IMG/VR virus record: IMGVR_UViG_3300011116_000560
Span: 1-55,985 of that record
Direction: 5' to 3' (one strand)
Source of the DNA: a virus
Lineage: Duplodnaviria > Caudoviricetes
Length of the DNA: 55,985 bases
The position numbers and the translations under genes were made by a program. The stretch's first letter is position 1. Every line of letters starts with the position of its first letter. Under the pieces are notes generated by a model that saw only the letters and a program-made list of their open reading frames with translations, was not told where the DNA came from and did not search any database. Below, piece after piece: positions 36,113 through 44,968 of this stretch.

Positions 36113-37914
36113 TGGACTTAGTTACCATCGACTTCGAGACGTTTTACAGTAAGGAGTATAGCCTCCGTTGCATGACGACGGAGGCATACATCCGCGATCC
36201 GCGCTTTCAGGTTATTGGTATGGGCATCAAGGTCAACGATGGTCCTACCGAGTGGCTGACGGATCATTTCCTTATACAAGCTCGACTGGCGCAGCACCTA
36301 GGTAAGTGTGCCATGCTGTGCCACAACACAGCGTTCGATGGCTTGATTGCCAACAAGCACTTCGGGTTTAACCCTGTGTTCATGCTGGATACCATGTCCA
36401 TGGCCCGGCCCAAACACGCTCTCACAATCGGCGTCTCTCTGAAAGCACTTGCCGAGCACTACGGGCTGGAGAGTAAAGGCTCAGTGCTTGCCGACACGAT
36501 GGGCCTCTTACAAAAACAGTTTAATTTCATACAGCTTGCCGCCCTTGGTGCGTACTGTAAGACGGACGTTGAGCTTACCTACAAGCTGTTCAAGATACTC
36601 AACAAGGGCTTCCCGCCGTCAGAGCTTAAGCTGATCGACCAGACCTTGCGTATGTACACCGATCCGGTGCTTACGCTTGATCGTGACTTGCTTAGAGACC
36701 ATGCCGATGCTGAGCATAAACGTAAGCAGGATTTGCTGGACACCTTCGGAGGGGATACCAGTGTGCTCATGTCCAACCCGAAGTTCGCAGAAGTCCTTAT
36801 TTCATTAGGCGTTAGCCCGCCTGTTAAAACAAGCAAGACCACCGGCAAGGAAACGTGGGCCTTCAGCAAGACCGACAAGGGTATGTTGGCGTTGCTCGAA
36901 CATCCTGATTCCATGGTACGAGTAGCTGCTGGGGCGCGGCTAGGGGTTAAGTCGTCCATCGAGGAGACACGGGCCATCGCTCTGAGTGGTGTGGCGCGGC
37001 GTGGAACGTTGCCGATCATGCTCAACTATTACGGCGCTCACTCCGGGCGCTTCAGCGGCGGAGACAAACTTAACCTGCAAAACCTGCCGCGTGGGGGGGT
37101 ACTTAGACAGTGCATCCTGTCGCCAAACGCCTACCAGATGCTGGTAGCTGGCGATAGCTCGCAGATCGAAGCTCGTATGCTGGCCTACATAGCCGGGCAG
37201 GACGATCTGGTTGAAGCATTCCGGCAGGGGCGCGATGTGTACAGTGAGTTCGCATCCGATGTGTACGGACGGATGATAACCAAGGCCGATAAGGTCGAGC
37301 GGTTCCTAGGCAAGACCTGTATCCTAGGGCTGGGCTACGGCATGGGGCATGGCCGCTTCCGTGAAGCGCTCGCACTTGGCGTGGGCGGGATGAAGGTCAA
37401 CATCGAGGAGCATGAGGCCAAGCGCATCGTCGGCCTCTATCGGGAGAAGAACTTTAAGATAGCATCACTCTGGAACGAAGCTGGTACCATGCTTCGCAGT
37501 ATGGTCAACGGCGAGACGGGTGCGTTCTCCGCTCTCCAGTTGCCGTTCGACAGCGAGCACATTACCTTCCCGAACGGTCTGGGGCTTACCTATCCTAACC
37601 TGCGTATGGACCAAAACAACTTTGTGTACGATAGTAGGAAGCTGCCCGTTAAACTTTTCGGTGCAAAGGCTGTAGAGAATGTGGTGCAGGGGCTTGCCCG
37701 AATCGTTGTTACCGATCAAATGTTGGAGATCGGTAAGCGGTATCGCGTAGTGATGCAGGTGCACGACGAGATCGTGGTGGTAGCTCCTGTCACCGCAGTC
37801 TCCAGTGCTCCTGAATATATTGAAGAAGTCATGTCTACACCACCTGCGTGGGCACCGGACCTGCCGGTTGCTTGCGAGGTTGCATGTGGGGGAAATTACG
37901 GAGAATGCAAATGA
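36112..37914 (+). CDS. polA: Family A DNA polymerase with 3'-5' exonuclease, 600 aa
   Basis: Exo I DFET, Exo II HN..FD, Exo III YC..D; GRFS..LNLQN; motif A DSSQIEAR, motif B R..GKTCILGLGYG, motif C VHDE. Confidence 0.95.
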   Translation: MDLVTIDFETFYSKEYSLRCMTTEAYIRDPRFQVIGMGIKVNDGPTEWLTDHFLIQARLAQHLGKCAMLCHNTAFDGLIANKHFGFNPVFMLDTMSMARPKHALTIGVSLKALAEHYGLESKGSVLADTMGLLQKQFNFIQLAALGAYCKTDVELTYKLFKILNKGFPPSELKLIDQTLRMYTDPVLTLDRDLLRDHADAEHKRKQDLLDTFGGDTSVLMSNPKFAEVLISLGVSPPVKTSKTTGKETWAFSKTDKGMLALLEHPDSMVRVAAGARLGVKSSIEETRAIALSGVARRGTLPIMLNYYGAHSGRFSGGDKLNLQNLPRGGVLRQCILSPNAYQMLVAGDSSQIEARMLAYIAGQDDLVEAFRQGRDVYSEFASDVYGRMITKADKVERFLGKTCILGLGYGMGHGRFREALALGVGGMKVNIEEHEAKRIVGLYREKNFKIASLWNEAGTMLRSMVNGETGAFSALQLPFDSEHITFPNGLGLTYPNLRMDQNNFVYDSRKLPVKLFGAKAVENVVQGLARIVVTDQMLEIGKRYRVVMQVHDEIVVVAPVTAVSSAPEYIEEVMSTPPAWAPDLPVACEVACGGNYGECK

Positions 37915-38174
37915 GCCTTGATATCAACGAGAGCATATATAGACTTCGCACGCTAAAACGCGGCGAGCGATACGTCTATCATACAGGTTACTTGGCTATG
38001 GACCGCGCTTCGTACCCTATATATACGCATAAATATACTAAAGAAGAAGCAGCTGTGATTAGTACAATAGCAGACGAAGCGCTTGCCCTAAGCAATAAAC
38101 GTAGGGTTCATTTGGTCCAAAGACGCTTAAAAGATTTTACCTATGACTACATTGCGATTGGAACAACGATATGA
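37911..38174 (+). CDS. Hypothetical protein, 87 aa
   Basis: GGAG RBS; YHTGYLAMDR...VHLVQRR....YDYIA; coupled to neighbours. Confidence 0.7.
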   Translation: MSLDINESIYRLRTLKRGERYVYHTGYLAMDRASYPIYTHKYTKEEAAVISTIADEALALSNKRRVHLVQRRLKDFTYDYIAIGTTI

Positions 38175-38830
38175 CAGTCCGTCTCGCTCATTCTTATAGT
38201 GCGCTTAAGCTGTACGAGAACTGCCCGCTTCGTTACTACCGCCAACGTGTGCTTAAGGATGTGCGGGACAAGGGCGGCGAAGCCTCCATGTACGGAGAGC
38301 GCATACACAAGCTGCTCGAAGTACGTCTCAAAGGGTCTCAGGACGATGCACAGGAGATTGCTCCGTATCAGCCACTCGTGGAGAATATCCTAGAAAATGT
38401 TGGGGATGGAGAAATACTTGTAGAACAAGAGCTAGCGTTGAACGAGGAGCTGACCCCTACGGGTTGGTGGGACGCTGATGCGTGGATGCGATCCAAGTTA
38501 GACGTACTTGTATTGCACGGAGAACGCGCTACCATGCTGGACTGGAAGACAGGCAAGCGTCGTCCTGACTTCAATCAGTTAGAGTTGTTCGCCCTGCAAG
38601 TGTTTGCTCACTATCCGGACGTAACAACAGTTACATCTGGATTTCTTTGGCTCAAAGATTTCACGATGGACAGAAAGACGTACACCAGAGACATGGCCCC
38701 TGCACTGTGGGCGTCCTTGCTTGAACGTGTACGGCGCATAGAGAAATCGCTGGCGACCGAGACATGGCCAGCTAAACCAAGTGGGCTGTGCGGTTGGTGT
38801 CCGTGCAAACCAACTTGTAAGTACGCTTAA
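38171..38830 (+). CDS. Cas4-like PD-(D/E)XK exonuclease, 219 aa
   Basis: SYS.L..Y..CP, G..IH..LE, KLDV...DWKTG, QL..FA, C-terminal CGWCPC...C. Confidence 0.9.
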   Translation: MTVRLAHSYSALKLYENCPLRYYRQRVLKDVRDKGGEASMYGERIHKLLEVRLKGSQDDAQEIAPYQPLVENILENVGDGEILVEQELALNEELTPTGWWDADAWMRSKLDVLVLHGERATMLDWKTGKRRPDFNQLELFALQVFAHYPDVTTVTSGFLWLKDFTMDRKTYTRDMAPALWASLLERVRRIEKSLATETWPAKPSGLCGWCPCKPTCKYA

Positions 38831-38858
38831 TAACGCCAGATGACCAATCATTCAGGAG

Positions 38859-39269
38859 ATGAAAATGAACCTGTCTAAGCGCAGACTTTTGAAGCTAGCT
38901 GACCTTCTGGAAGCCGACGCCAAGAACAAGAAGGGCGTCAAATTCTCGATGCCAACATGGGGCTACGTCCGTGATGAGTCCGCTCCTGTTTCTTGTGGGA
39001 CGCAAGCATGCGCGATGGGCCTTGCCGCGCTCAGTGGTGCGTTCAAGCGCGCGGGCCTCGACTACTATCTTTCTGATGGCCATGTGCAGTTCACCGTCAA
39101 TGGCGTGAACATGCACGGCGCTTCCGCAGCCGAGGCGATTTTCGAGATCACCCACGATGATTCCATGCACCTCTTTGAGGTTTGGAAAGGCAACGGCATC
39201 GGGAGAGCCGCAGAGATAGCGAAGGCGAAGCAGATCAGGCAGTTTGTCAAAACCGGCAAGTTCACCTGA
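38859..39269 (+). CDS. Hypothetical protein, 136 aa
   Basis: AGGAG RBS; F.M..W...CGT.ACA.G motif. Confidence 0.75.
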   Translation: MKMNLSKRRLLKLADLLEADAKNKKGVKFSMPTWGYVRDESAPVSCGTQACAMGLAALSGAFKRAGLDYYLSDGHVQFTVNGVNMHGASAAEAIFEITHDDSMHLFEVWKGNGIGRAAEIAKAKQIRQFVKTGKFT

Positions 39270-39349
39270 CCTTCATTCGGGCCGGTGAGCGCGAGCGCAT
39301 CGCACAGATGGTTGGACGCGCCGAAATTCGCATCTGTGATAAATATCTT

Positions 39350-39378
39350 CTTGACATAACGTAAAGTCAGTTTATATA
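39350..39378 (+). promoter_or_regulatory. Internal sigma70-type promoter
   Basis: CTTGACA followed after 16-17 nt by TTATATAT; shares TTGACA-N4-GTAARG with the promoter at 26823. Confidence 0.55.
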
Positions 39379-39399
39379 TCAAACATGGAGGGAACGTCG

Positions 39400-39615
39400 A
39401 TGGATAATACAGAGGCTAATGAACGTTATGCAGCGGAGCAGACGAAGAAGTTTATGCACGCTGCAATAGAGATGTTATTTGATGATGTAGTAGCTTACAG
39501 CACACGCCTCGCATTATTGAGTAAGGGTGAGCACAGCGCCCTAATAGGTGCGTTGGTTACCTCTCAAGCGCTCGTGTTCATAGACGCTGAGAATTACGCG
39601 GAGAGACACCGGTGA
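39400..39615 (+). CDS. Hypothetical protein, 71 aa
   Basis: GGAGG RBS before ATG 39400. Confidence 0.65.
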   Translation: MDNTEANERYAAEQTKKFMHAAIEMLFDDVVAYSTRLALLSKGEHSALIGALVTSQALVFIDAENYAERHR

Positions 39616-39953
39616 CACCGGAAGGACTTGTTAAAGCGCGTATCGACAAGCTGCTTAAGAAAAATAACATCTGGTACTACAGTCCACAGTCAGGACCGTT
39701 TGGTAGATCAGGTGTGCCGGATCGAGTTGCGATAATAAACGGTAGGTTTATTGGCATAGAAGCCAAGGCTGATAAGACCAAGAAGCCTACCAGACTACAG
39801 TTACACTGCATGTCCGAGATAGAACATGCAGGTGGTAAGTGCTTTGTCGTCTGTGATGAACAAACACTGAAAGAGTTAGAATTATACATAACAAGGGAGC
39901 AGGGAGAAAAGAATGAACACCGAAATAGACGAAATCAAGCGCGACCATTTTGA
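39612..39953 (+). CDS. VRR-NUC domain nuclease (resolvase-like), 113 aa
   Basis: TPE..VK, G.SGVPD, FIGIEAK, PT.LQ...I..AGG..FVV. Confidence 0.9.
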   Translation: MTPEGLVKARIDKLLKKNNIWYYSPQSGPFGRSGVPDRVAIINGRFIGIEAKADKTKKPTRLQLHCMSEIEHAGGKCFVVCDEQTLKELELYITREQGEKNEHRNRRNQARPF

Positions 39954-40194
39954 ATTGCTCAAGGGCCGCAGGATCATCATCCTAGTCGAATCTGACTACG
40001 GATTTAACGTAGAGCAATGGCTTCCTGATGGTGTCGCGCCGACGAGCTGCTATGATACTGCGCAAGAGGCCGGAGCCCGCGCGCTACAATTGCTTGGACT
40101 GACAAAGCCTGTAGTACCTCAAGATTGGCCCGAAGTCGCACAAATCGGCGGACCACCAAGCCCGCCACCAGCGCCCGCGCCAAAGGCTGTTTGA
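39913..40194 (+). CDS. Hypothetical protein, 93 aa
   Basis: GGGAG RBS; overlaps the VRR-NUC 3' end. Confidence 0.6.
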   Translation: MNTEIDEIKRDHFELLKGRRIIILVESDYGFNVEQWLPDGVAPTSCYDTAQEAGARALQLLGLTKPVVPQDWPEVAQIGGPPSPPPAPAPKAV

Positions 40195-40265
40195 TGTTTG
40201 GAGACATCGGCAGAACAGACTTGAAGGAATAGGAGAGAGAAAATGAAACAAACTAAGAGAACTCC

Positions 40266-41822
40266 ATGCTAGTCGTTGAAGATAAACAGGCACTGGTAAT
40301 GCAGCTTAAGAACGCTACCCGCGTTCTGAGTGCGGTGCCGACAGCGGCTCCTCTATATCTAGGTGACAAGCAGCTTACCACCGTGCACCACGGTATCGAT
40401 GAAGTGCGTGTGCTGCGTAACCTAGGCATCGATGCGCCGTCACCGATCCTGCACTATTACGACTGGCCGGGCAGGTTCGCTCCGTTCGAGCACCAAAAGG
40501 CAACGGCTGCATTCCTCACGCTGACGCAGCGCGGGCTTGTCCTCAACGAGATCGGTACCGGCAAGAGCAACAGCGCCCTGTGGGCTGCTGACTACCTCAT
40601 GAACGAGGGATATGCGAAGCGCGTGCTGATTGTCTCTCCACTATCAACTCTGGAGCGGGTCTGGCACGACGCAATCTTCGAGCATCTCAGCCACCGTACA
40701 GCCGTTGTGCTGTATGGATCGGCGGCACGTCGCAAGAAGATGCTCGACCGCGAAGCAGACTTCTACATCATCAACCACGATGGCTTCTCTATTTTGTCCA
40801 ACCAGATGAACGATATGTTTGATATCGTCATCGTCGATGAAGCTGCCGTGTACCGTAACCCGTCGACAAAGCGGTTCAAGATACTCCGTAAGTGGATGGA
40901 CAATCAGCCAACGGCCACTCGCCTGTGGCTTATGACCGGAACGCCTACACCAAACGAGCCTACCGACGCGTGGGCACTGGCCAAGCTGGTTAACAGCCCA
41001 TTCATTCCGCCTTCGTACCATGCCTTCCGCGATCAGGTCATGTTCAAGCACGGCATGTACACATGGCTACCGCGACCGAACAGCGCCGAGCTAGTCAAGG
41101 ATGTGCTGCAGCCGTCTGTCAGATACACACGCGACGAATGTTTAGACCTGCCTGACACCATCGTGCAGGCTCGTAGGGCCGAACTGACTGCGGAGCAGGA
41201 GAAGCACTACAAGGATATGGTGCGTAACCTCGTCACCGAGGCTGCTGCCGGTACGATAACTGCCGCTAACGAAGCAGTTAAGTTGCAGAAGCTGATCCAG
41301 ATTGCCTGCGGTGTGGCGTACGACACCAAGGGTAAGCACCTTCAGCTCGACTGTTCGCCGCGCATTAACCTAGTTAAGGAGATCATCGAGGAGGCTGGCG
41401 AGAAGGTCATCATCTTCGTACCGCTTACCGGTACGCTTAATATGCTGGAGCAAGAACTAGCCAAACACTGGACGGTTGCTGTGGTTAACGGCGCGGTGAG
41501 CGCGGCTAAGCGCAACGTGATCTTTGATGATTTTCAGTCCAAGCCTGATCCACGAGTACTTATTGCGCACCCTGCGACAATGGCTCACGGACTGACACTG
41601 ACAGCGGCTTCTACCATCATCTGGTACGGGCCGATCAACAGCAACGAGCAGTACACCCAAGCCAACGGGCGTATCGAGCGCACCGGTAAGAAGCATACCT
41701 CTAACGTCATACACATAGAGTCTACGACGCTAGAGCGAAAGATGTACACGCGTCTGCAGCATAAGCAGAAACTACAAGGCGTACTGCTTGATCTAATCCA
41801 ACAGGAAATGGAGGTTATGTAA
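40266..41822 (+). CDS. SNF2-family (SF2) DNA helicase, 518 aa
   Basis: PFEHQ, IGTGKS, VDEA, MTGTP, HGLTLT, QANGRIER.G. Confidence 0.95.
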   Translation: MLVVEDKQALVMQLKNATRVLSAVPTAAPLYLGDKQLTTVHHGIDEVRVLRNLGIDAPSPILHYYDWPGRFAPFEHQKATAAFLTLTQRGLVLNEIGTGKSNSALWAADYLMNEGYAKRVLIVSPLSTLERVWHDAIFEHLSHRTAVVLYGSAARRKKMLDREADFYIINHDGFSILSNQMNDMFDIVIVDEAAVYRNPSTKRFKILRKWMDNQPTATRLWLMTGTPTPNEPTDAWALAKLVNSPFIPPSYHAFRDQVMFKHGMYTWLPRPNSAELVKDVLQPSVRYTRDECLDLPDTIVQARRAELTAEQEKHYKDMVRNLVTEAAAGTITAANEAVKLQKLIQIACGVAYDTKGKHLQLDCSPRINLVKEIIEEAGEKVIIFVPLTGTLNMLEQELAKHWTVAVVNGAVSAAKRNVIFDDFQSKPDPRVLIAHPATMAHGLTLTAASTIIWYGPINSNEQYTQANGRIERTGKKHTSNVIHIESTTLERKMYTRLQHKQKLQGVLLDLIQQEMEVM

Positions 41823-42280
41823 TGCTGTCTAGCGAACGGGCATGGCTGGCCACGGAATATTTATCTGGTCGTACACAGCGCCTAATTGCTAAGGGCATCC
41901 GTAGAGGTTCAGCAACGGTGTGTATAGAACTTAAATTGTTCTGTGATGAATGGTCCGGTGTTCGTGTAATGGAAGATAGAATTTATAGCGATGAGCGTAA
42001 GAAGTGTTTATGCCGCGCTCTGAAAAATTATCTTCGTACGAATGGCGCGGCTATAAAGAAACCAGCCGACCCTAAAGAGCCATATGCAATGGTTCTAGGG
42101 AACAAGTCTCCTAGACACGAACACGCGTGGTTGTTGCGTGTGGAAGGTAAGACCTACAAGGAGATAGGTGAACGACTAGGCGTAAGTAAAACACGAGCTG
42201 GTCAAATGATCGCTCAGTTTAGTCGTGTAATGGGTAGAGCACTTAGACGTGTTATAATAACAACAGGGAGAGTAACATGA
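41822..42280 (+). CDS. Protein with a C-terminal sigma70 region 4-like HTH, 152 aa
   Basis: LR.EGKTYKEIGERLGVSKTRAGQ. Confidence 0.7.
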   Translation: MLSSERAWLATEYLSGRTQRLIAKGIRRGSATVCIELKLFCDEWSGVRVMEDRIYSDERKKCLCRALKNYLRTNGAAIKKPADPKEPYAMVLGNKSPRHEHAWLLRVEGKTYKEIGERLGVSKTRAGQMIAQFSRVMGRALRRVIITTGRVT

Positions 42281-42327
42281 CACTTGAGAAGAAAGCCGAG
42301 TGGTACTAACAACATGGAGGTTATGTA

Positions 42328-42594
42328 ATGACAAACGTACCGAGACTGCCGACTAAATTCGGTCAAGGCCATACAGATTCTATCGCGTTCTTCCAAGACG
42401 AAGTTCTGCCGTCGCTGATCAATAATAAGATTGTATGTCTTGCGCTACGCGGGTTCCTTGAGGACGGAACTGAACTGGATTTTACTATTGTCGATGGTGC
42501 TGGTGGCAGGGGCAATAATACTCGGTTGCTTGGGCAGATCGTAGAACTGCAATCCATCTTAATGGCTGAACTGCGAGCACAAGCAGCAAAATAG
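42328..42594 (+). CDS. Hypothetical protein, 88 aa
   Basis: GGAGG RBS. Confidence 0.65.
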   Translation: MTNVPRLPTKFGQGHTDSIAFFQDEVLPSLINNKIVCLALRGFLEDGTELDFTIVDGAGGRGNNTRLLGQIVELQSILMAELRAQAAK

Positions 42595-42604
42595 GGAGAG
42601 TAAC

Positions 42605-43003
42605 ATGCCAACAGTAGATGAAGTCGTAGCGACTTACGTTAAGTTGCGCGACAAGAAGGAGGCTCTGGAAGCAGCGACCAAGGAGAAGACCAAGGGAATT
42701 GCTGCCCAGCTGGATAAGATGGAAGCGTGGCTTATCGAACAGGCGCAAGCTCAAGGTGTTACGTCTTTCAAGACCGCGCATGGCACGGCGTTCCTTGCTA
42801 CTACCGACTTTGCCAGCGTTGGTAATTGGGACGAGGTGCTCAAGTTTATCCGAAAGCATGAGACATATGAAATGTTGGAGCGGCGCGTTAGCAAGAAGGC
42901 CGTGCGCAGCTACATCGATGAGTACAAAGCCGTGCCGAACGGTGTTAACTACGGCACACAACTTAACATGCAGGTTCGCAGACCTGCCGCAAGCGCGGAG
43001 TGA
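42605..43003 (+). CDS. Conserved replication-module coiled-coil protein, 132 aa
   Basis: Y.KLRD.K...G.TSFKT.HGT...W.....FI....LE.RV...VP.GV. Confidence 0.75.
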   Translation: MPTVDEVVATYVKLRDKKEALEAATKEKTKGIAAQLDKMEAWLIEQAQAQGVTSFKTAHGTAFLATTDFASVGNWDEVLKFIRKHETYEMLERRVSKKAVRSYIDEYKAVPNGVNYGTQLNMQVRRPAASAE

Positions 43004-43008
43004 TTAGT

Positions 43009-43194
43009 ATGCCGTGGACCGCCAAAGACGCAAGCAAGCATATCAAGAAAGCCAAGAGCGCTGTTGCCAAGCGGCAGTGGGCGCACGTTGCCAATAGCGT
43101 ACTTGCCAAGACCAAGAACGAAGCGACTGCTATACGCGAGGCTAATGCGGTCATAGATCGCCGCAAGGAAAACCAAAAAACAGGGGATAAATAA
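43009..43194 (+). CDS. Small basic ChaB-like protein, 61 aa
   Basis: MPWT...RQWAHVANS.L....E..AIR.ANAV. Confidence 0.55.
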   Translation: MPWTAKDASKHIKKAKSAVAKRQWAHVANSVLAKTKNEATAIREANAVIDRRKENQKTGDK

Positions 43195-43197
43195 CAG

Positions 43198-43542
43198 ATG
43201 TTTAAGAGCCATATAGAAAGGGTAATTCGGAACTACCTTAACTCCCCCTCGTTCGGGAGCCCACCGGATGTGTCTAATCAGCAGCACAACTTGTTTAATG
43301 TCAATCACCATCACCTATCGGTGCGCAAGATCACTAACGGTTTTCTTATGGCGTACAACGACGGTAACGAAATCATATATTGCGCTAATGAAAAAGACCT
43401 AGCGGATCAGATCATCGCTAGAGCTGCTCGGTCCAAAGTGCACGGTGATGCTGAGGCTAAGGCGTCCCGCGCAGGGGCCAGTATCGCTGCTCCCTCCACC
43501 AAAAGTAACTCATACAATAATATAATCGCAGGAAAGCTATAA
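43198..43542 (+). CDS. Hypothetical protein, 114 aa
   Basis: VRKI.NGF motif; abuts its neighbours. Confidence 0.6.
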   Translation: MFKSHIERVIRNYLNSPSFGSPPDVSNQQHNLFNVNHHHLSVRKITNGFLMAYNDGNEIIYCANEKDLADQIIARAARSKVHGDAEAKASRAGASIAAPSTKSNSYNNIIAGKL

Positions 43543-43546
43543 AACC

Positions 43547-44614
43547 ATGAACGCAATTACCAAGACTACCATGAGCATCCCGGCGCATCTGGCCGGGCGT
43601 ATCGGCAAGGCTTCCAAGCTGGCTGACGTTGCTGCCGCTGGTATCGGTACGGGTGGTATCGACTACCCCCGTATCAGCATCAAGGGCGGTCGCTTCCGTA
43701 TCGTTGAAGGCGGTGCCGAGACGGTGATGGATAGCTCCACCATCGAGGTCATTGTTGTTGGTGCCAGCCGTCTGCTCACCAAGCAGTGGTACGCTAAGGC
43801 ATGGACACCGGACGCAGAGGCCGTCGCTCCTGATTGCTTCTCTCTTAACGGTGTGCGTCCCGATCTGGCCAGCACCAGTCCGCAAGCGGATATGTGCGCC
43901 GAATGTGAGCACAACGTGTGGGGTTCCAAGATCACCCCGCAGGGTACCAAGATCAAAGCCTGCCCCGACCAGAAGCGTATTGCAGTCGTGGCTGCTGACG
44001 ATCCAGCTGGTCCAGTGTACCTGCTCACCATCACCCCGACGGCTCTCACTCCGTGGGCGCAATACAGCAAGAAGCTTAAGATGCACGGCGTGTCACCAGA
44101 CCTGCTGCGCACCAAGGTCTCCTTCGATACGTCCGCTTCGTTCCCCAAGCTGATGTTCTCCAACGGTGACTTCAACGACGCCGACACTATGGCGATCATC
44201 GACGGCGTGGTTGGTAACGATGCTGTCCGTCACGTGCTTGGCGACGACGATAATGGCGATGTCGCAGAGGTACCGAAGCCTGCTGCAAAGCCTGCTCTTG
44301 TCCGTGCGGCGAAACCCGCTCCGGTCGAGGAAGTCGTGGAGGAGGAAGAAGCTGCTCCCGTCGAGGATCCTGCCAAGCCTGCCGCTCGCGGTTTTGGTAA
44401 GGCCAAGGCGGCTGCTGCAGAACCCGCTGAGGAAGTAGCTGCCAAGCCAGCTGCCCGTGGGTTCGGTAAAGCTGCTCTCGCTAAGGCTGCTCCTGCCAAG
44501 GCTGCACGCCCTGCCGCCAAGGCTGCGCAGGTTACCAGTGCAGCGACACTCAGCATGGATATCGAGAACATGATCCGTGCCAACACCGTGGGAGACGAAG
44601 CCGATGACGCGTAA
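43547..44614 (+). CDS. Putative Zn-binding ssDNA-binding/annealing protein, 355 aa
   Basis: PRISIKG.RF, PDCFS.NG..P...CA.C..N.WGS...KAC; Ala/Lys-rich tail with duplicated KPAARGFGKA; acidic end. Confidence 0.6.
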   Translation: MNAITKTTMSIPAHLAGRIGKASKLADVAAAGIGTGGIDYPRISIKGGRFRIVEGGAETVMDSSTIEVIVVGASRLLTKQWYAKAWTPDAEAVAPDCFSLNGVRPDLASTSPQADMCAECEHNVWGSKITPQGTKIKACPDQKRIAVVAADDPAGPVYLLTITPTALTPWAQYSKKLKMHGVSPDLLRTKVSFDTSASFPKLMFSNGDFNDADTMAIIDGVVGNDAVRHVLGDDDNGDVAEVPKPAAKPALVRAAKPAPVEEVVEEEEAAPVEDPAKPAARGFGKAKAAAAEPAEEVAAKPAARGFGKAALAKAAPAKAARPAAKAAQVTSAATLSMDIENMIRANTVGDEADDA

Positions 44615-44915
44615 TGTCGTAGCAGCTGTACGCAAGCGTATGCCGCTCGACTTCGATAAGATCGAGGCTCTGCGGTACCAGATGGGACTAACTTCCACTG
44701 GTATGGCACGCGCTTTGGGTGTGTCGCGTATGACATACTATAGCTGGGTTAAAGGTACCCCGCCTCGCCGCAGCAGCGAGGATGATGTAAAGAAAAAGAT
44801 CAAGGCACTACTAGCTGTAGTGACTGAGACGAACTGGCCTACTAAAGCCACCATGGACCTCCCTGCATCTGCTCGTGCAGAACGTGTGCTTGCCTTGATG
44901 CGGCAGTACGAATAA
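44604..44915 (+). CDS. XRE-family HTH protein, 103 aa
   Basis: LRYQMGLT...MARALGVSRMTYYSWVKG..P. Confidence 0.8.
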   Translation: MTRNVVAAVRKRMPLDFDKIEALRYQMGLTSTGMARALGVSRMTYYSWVKGTPPRRSSEDDVKKKIKALLAVVTETNWPTKATMDLPASARAERVLALMRQYE

Positions 44916-44921
44916 TCTTAT

Positions 44922-44947
44922 CGATGGGGGGAGCAATCCCCCCATCG
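44922..44947 (+). promoter_or_regulatory. GCAA-tetraloop hairpin upstream of the primase RBS
   Basis: CGATGGGGGGA-GCAA-TCCCCCCATCG, perfect 11-bp stem, no strong U tract. Confidence 0.6.
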
Positions 44948-44968
44948 CTATCTTTACATGGAGGGAAC

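Noticed and set aside
35425-37914. 2-aminoadenine (Z) genome system
   Set aside because: No PurZ (adenylosuccinate synthetase-like) or HD-family dATPase gene is visible anywhere in the genome
44604-44915. Lysogeny module
   Set aside because: A lone XRE HTH inside the replication operon; no integrase, att site or divergent repressor pair
44924-44968. ORF-track start of the primase at 44924
   Set aside because: That ATG lies in a hairpin stem; ATG 44969 has a GGAGG RBS
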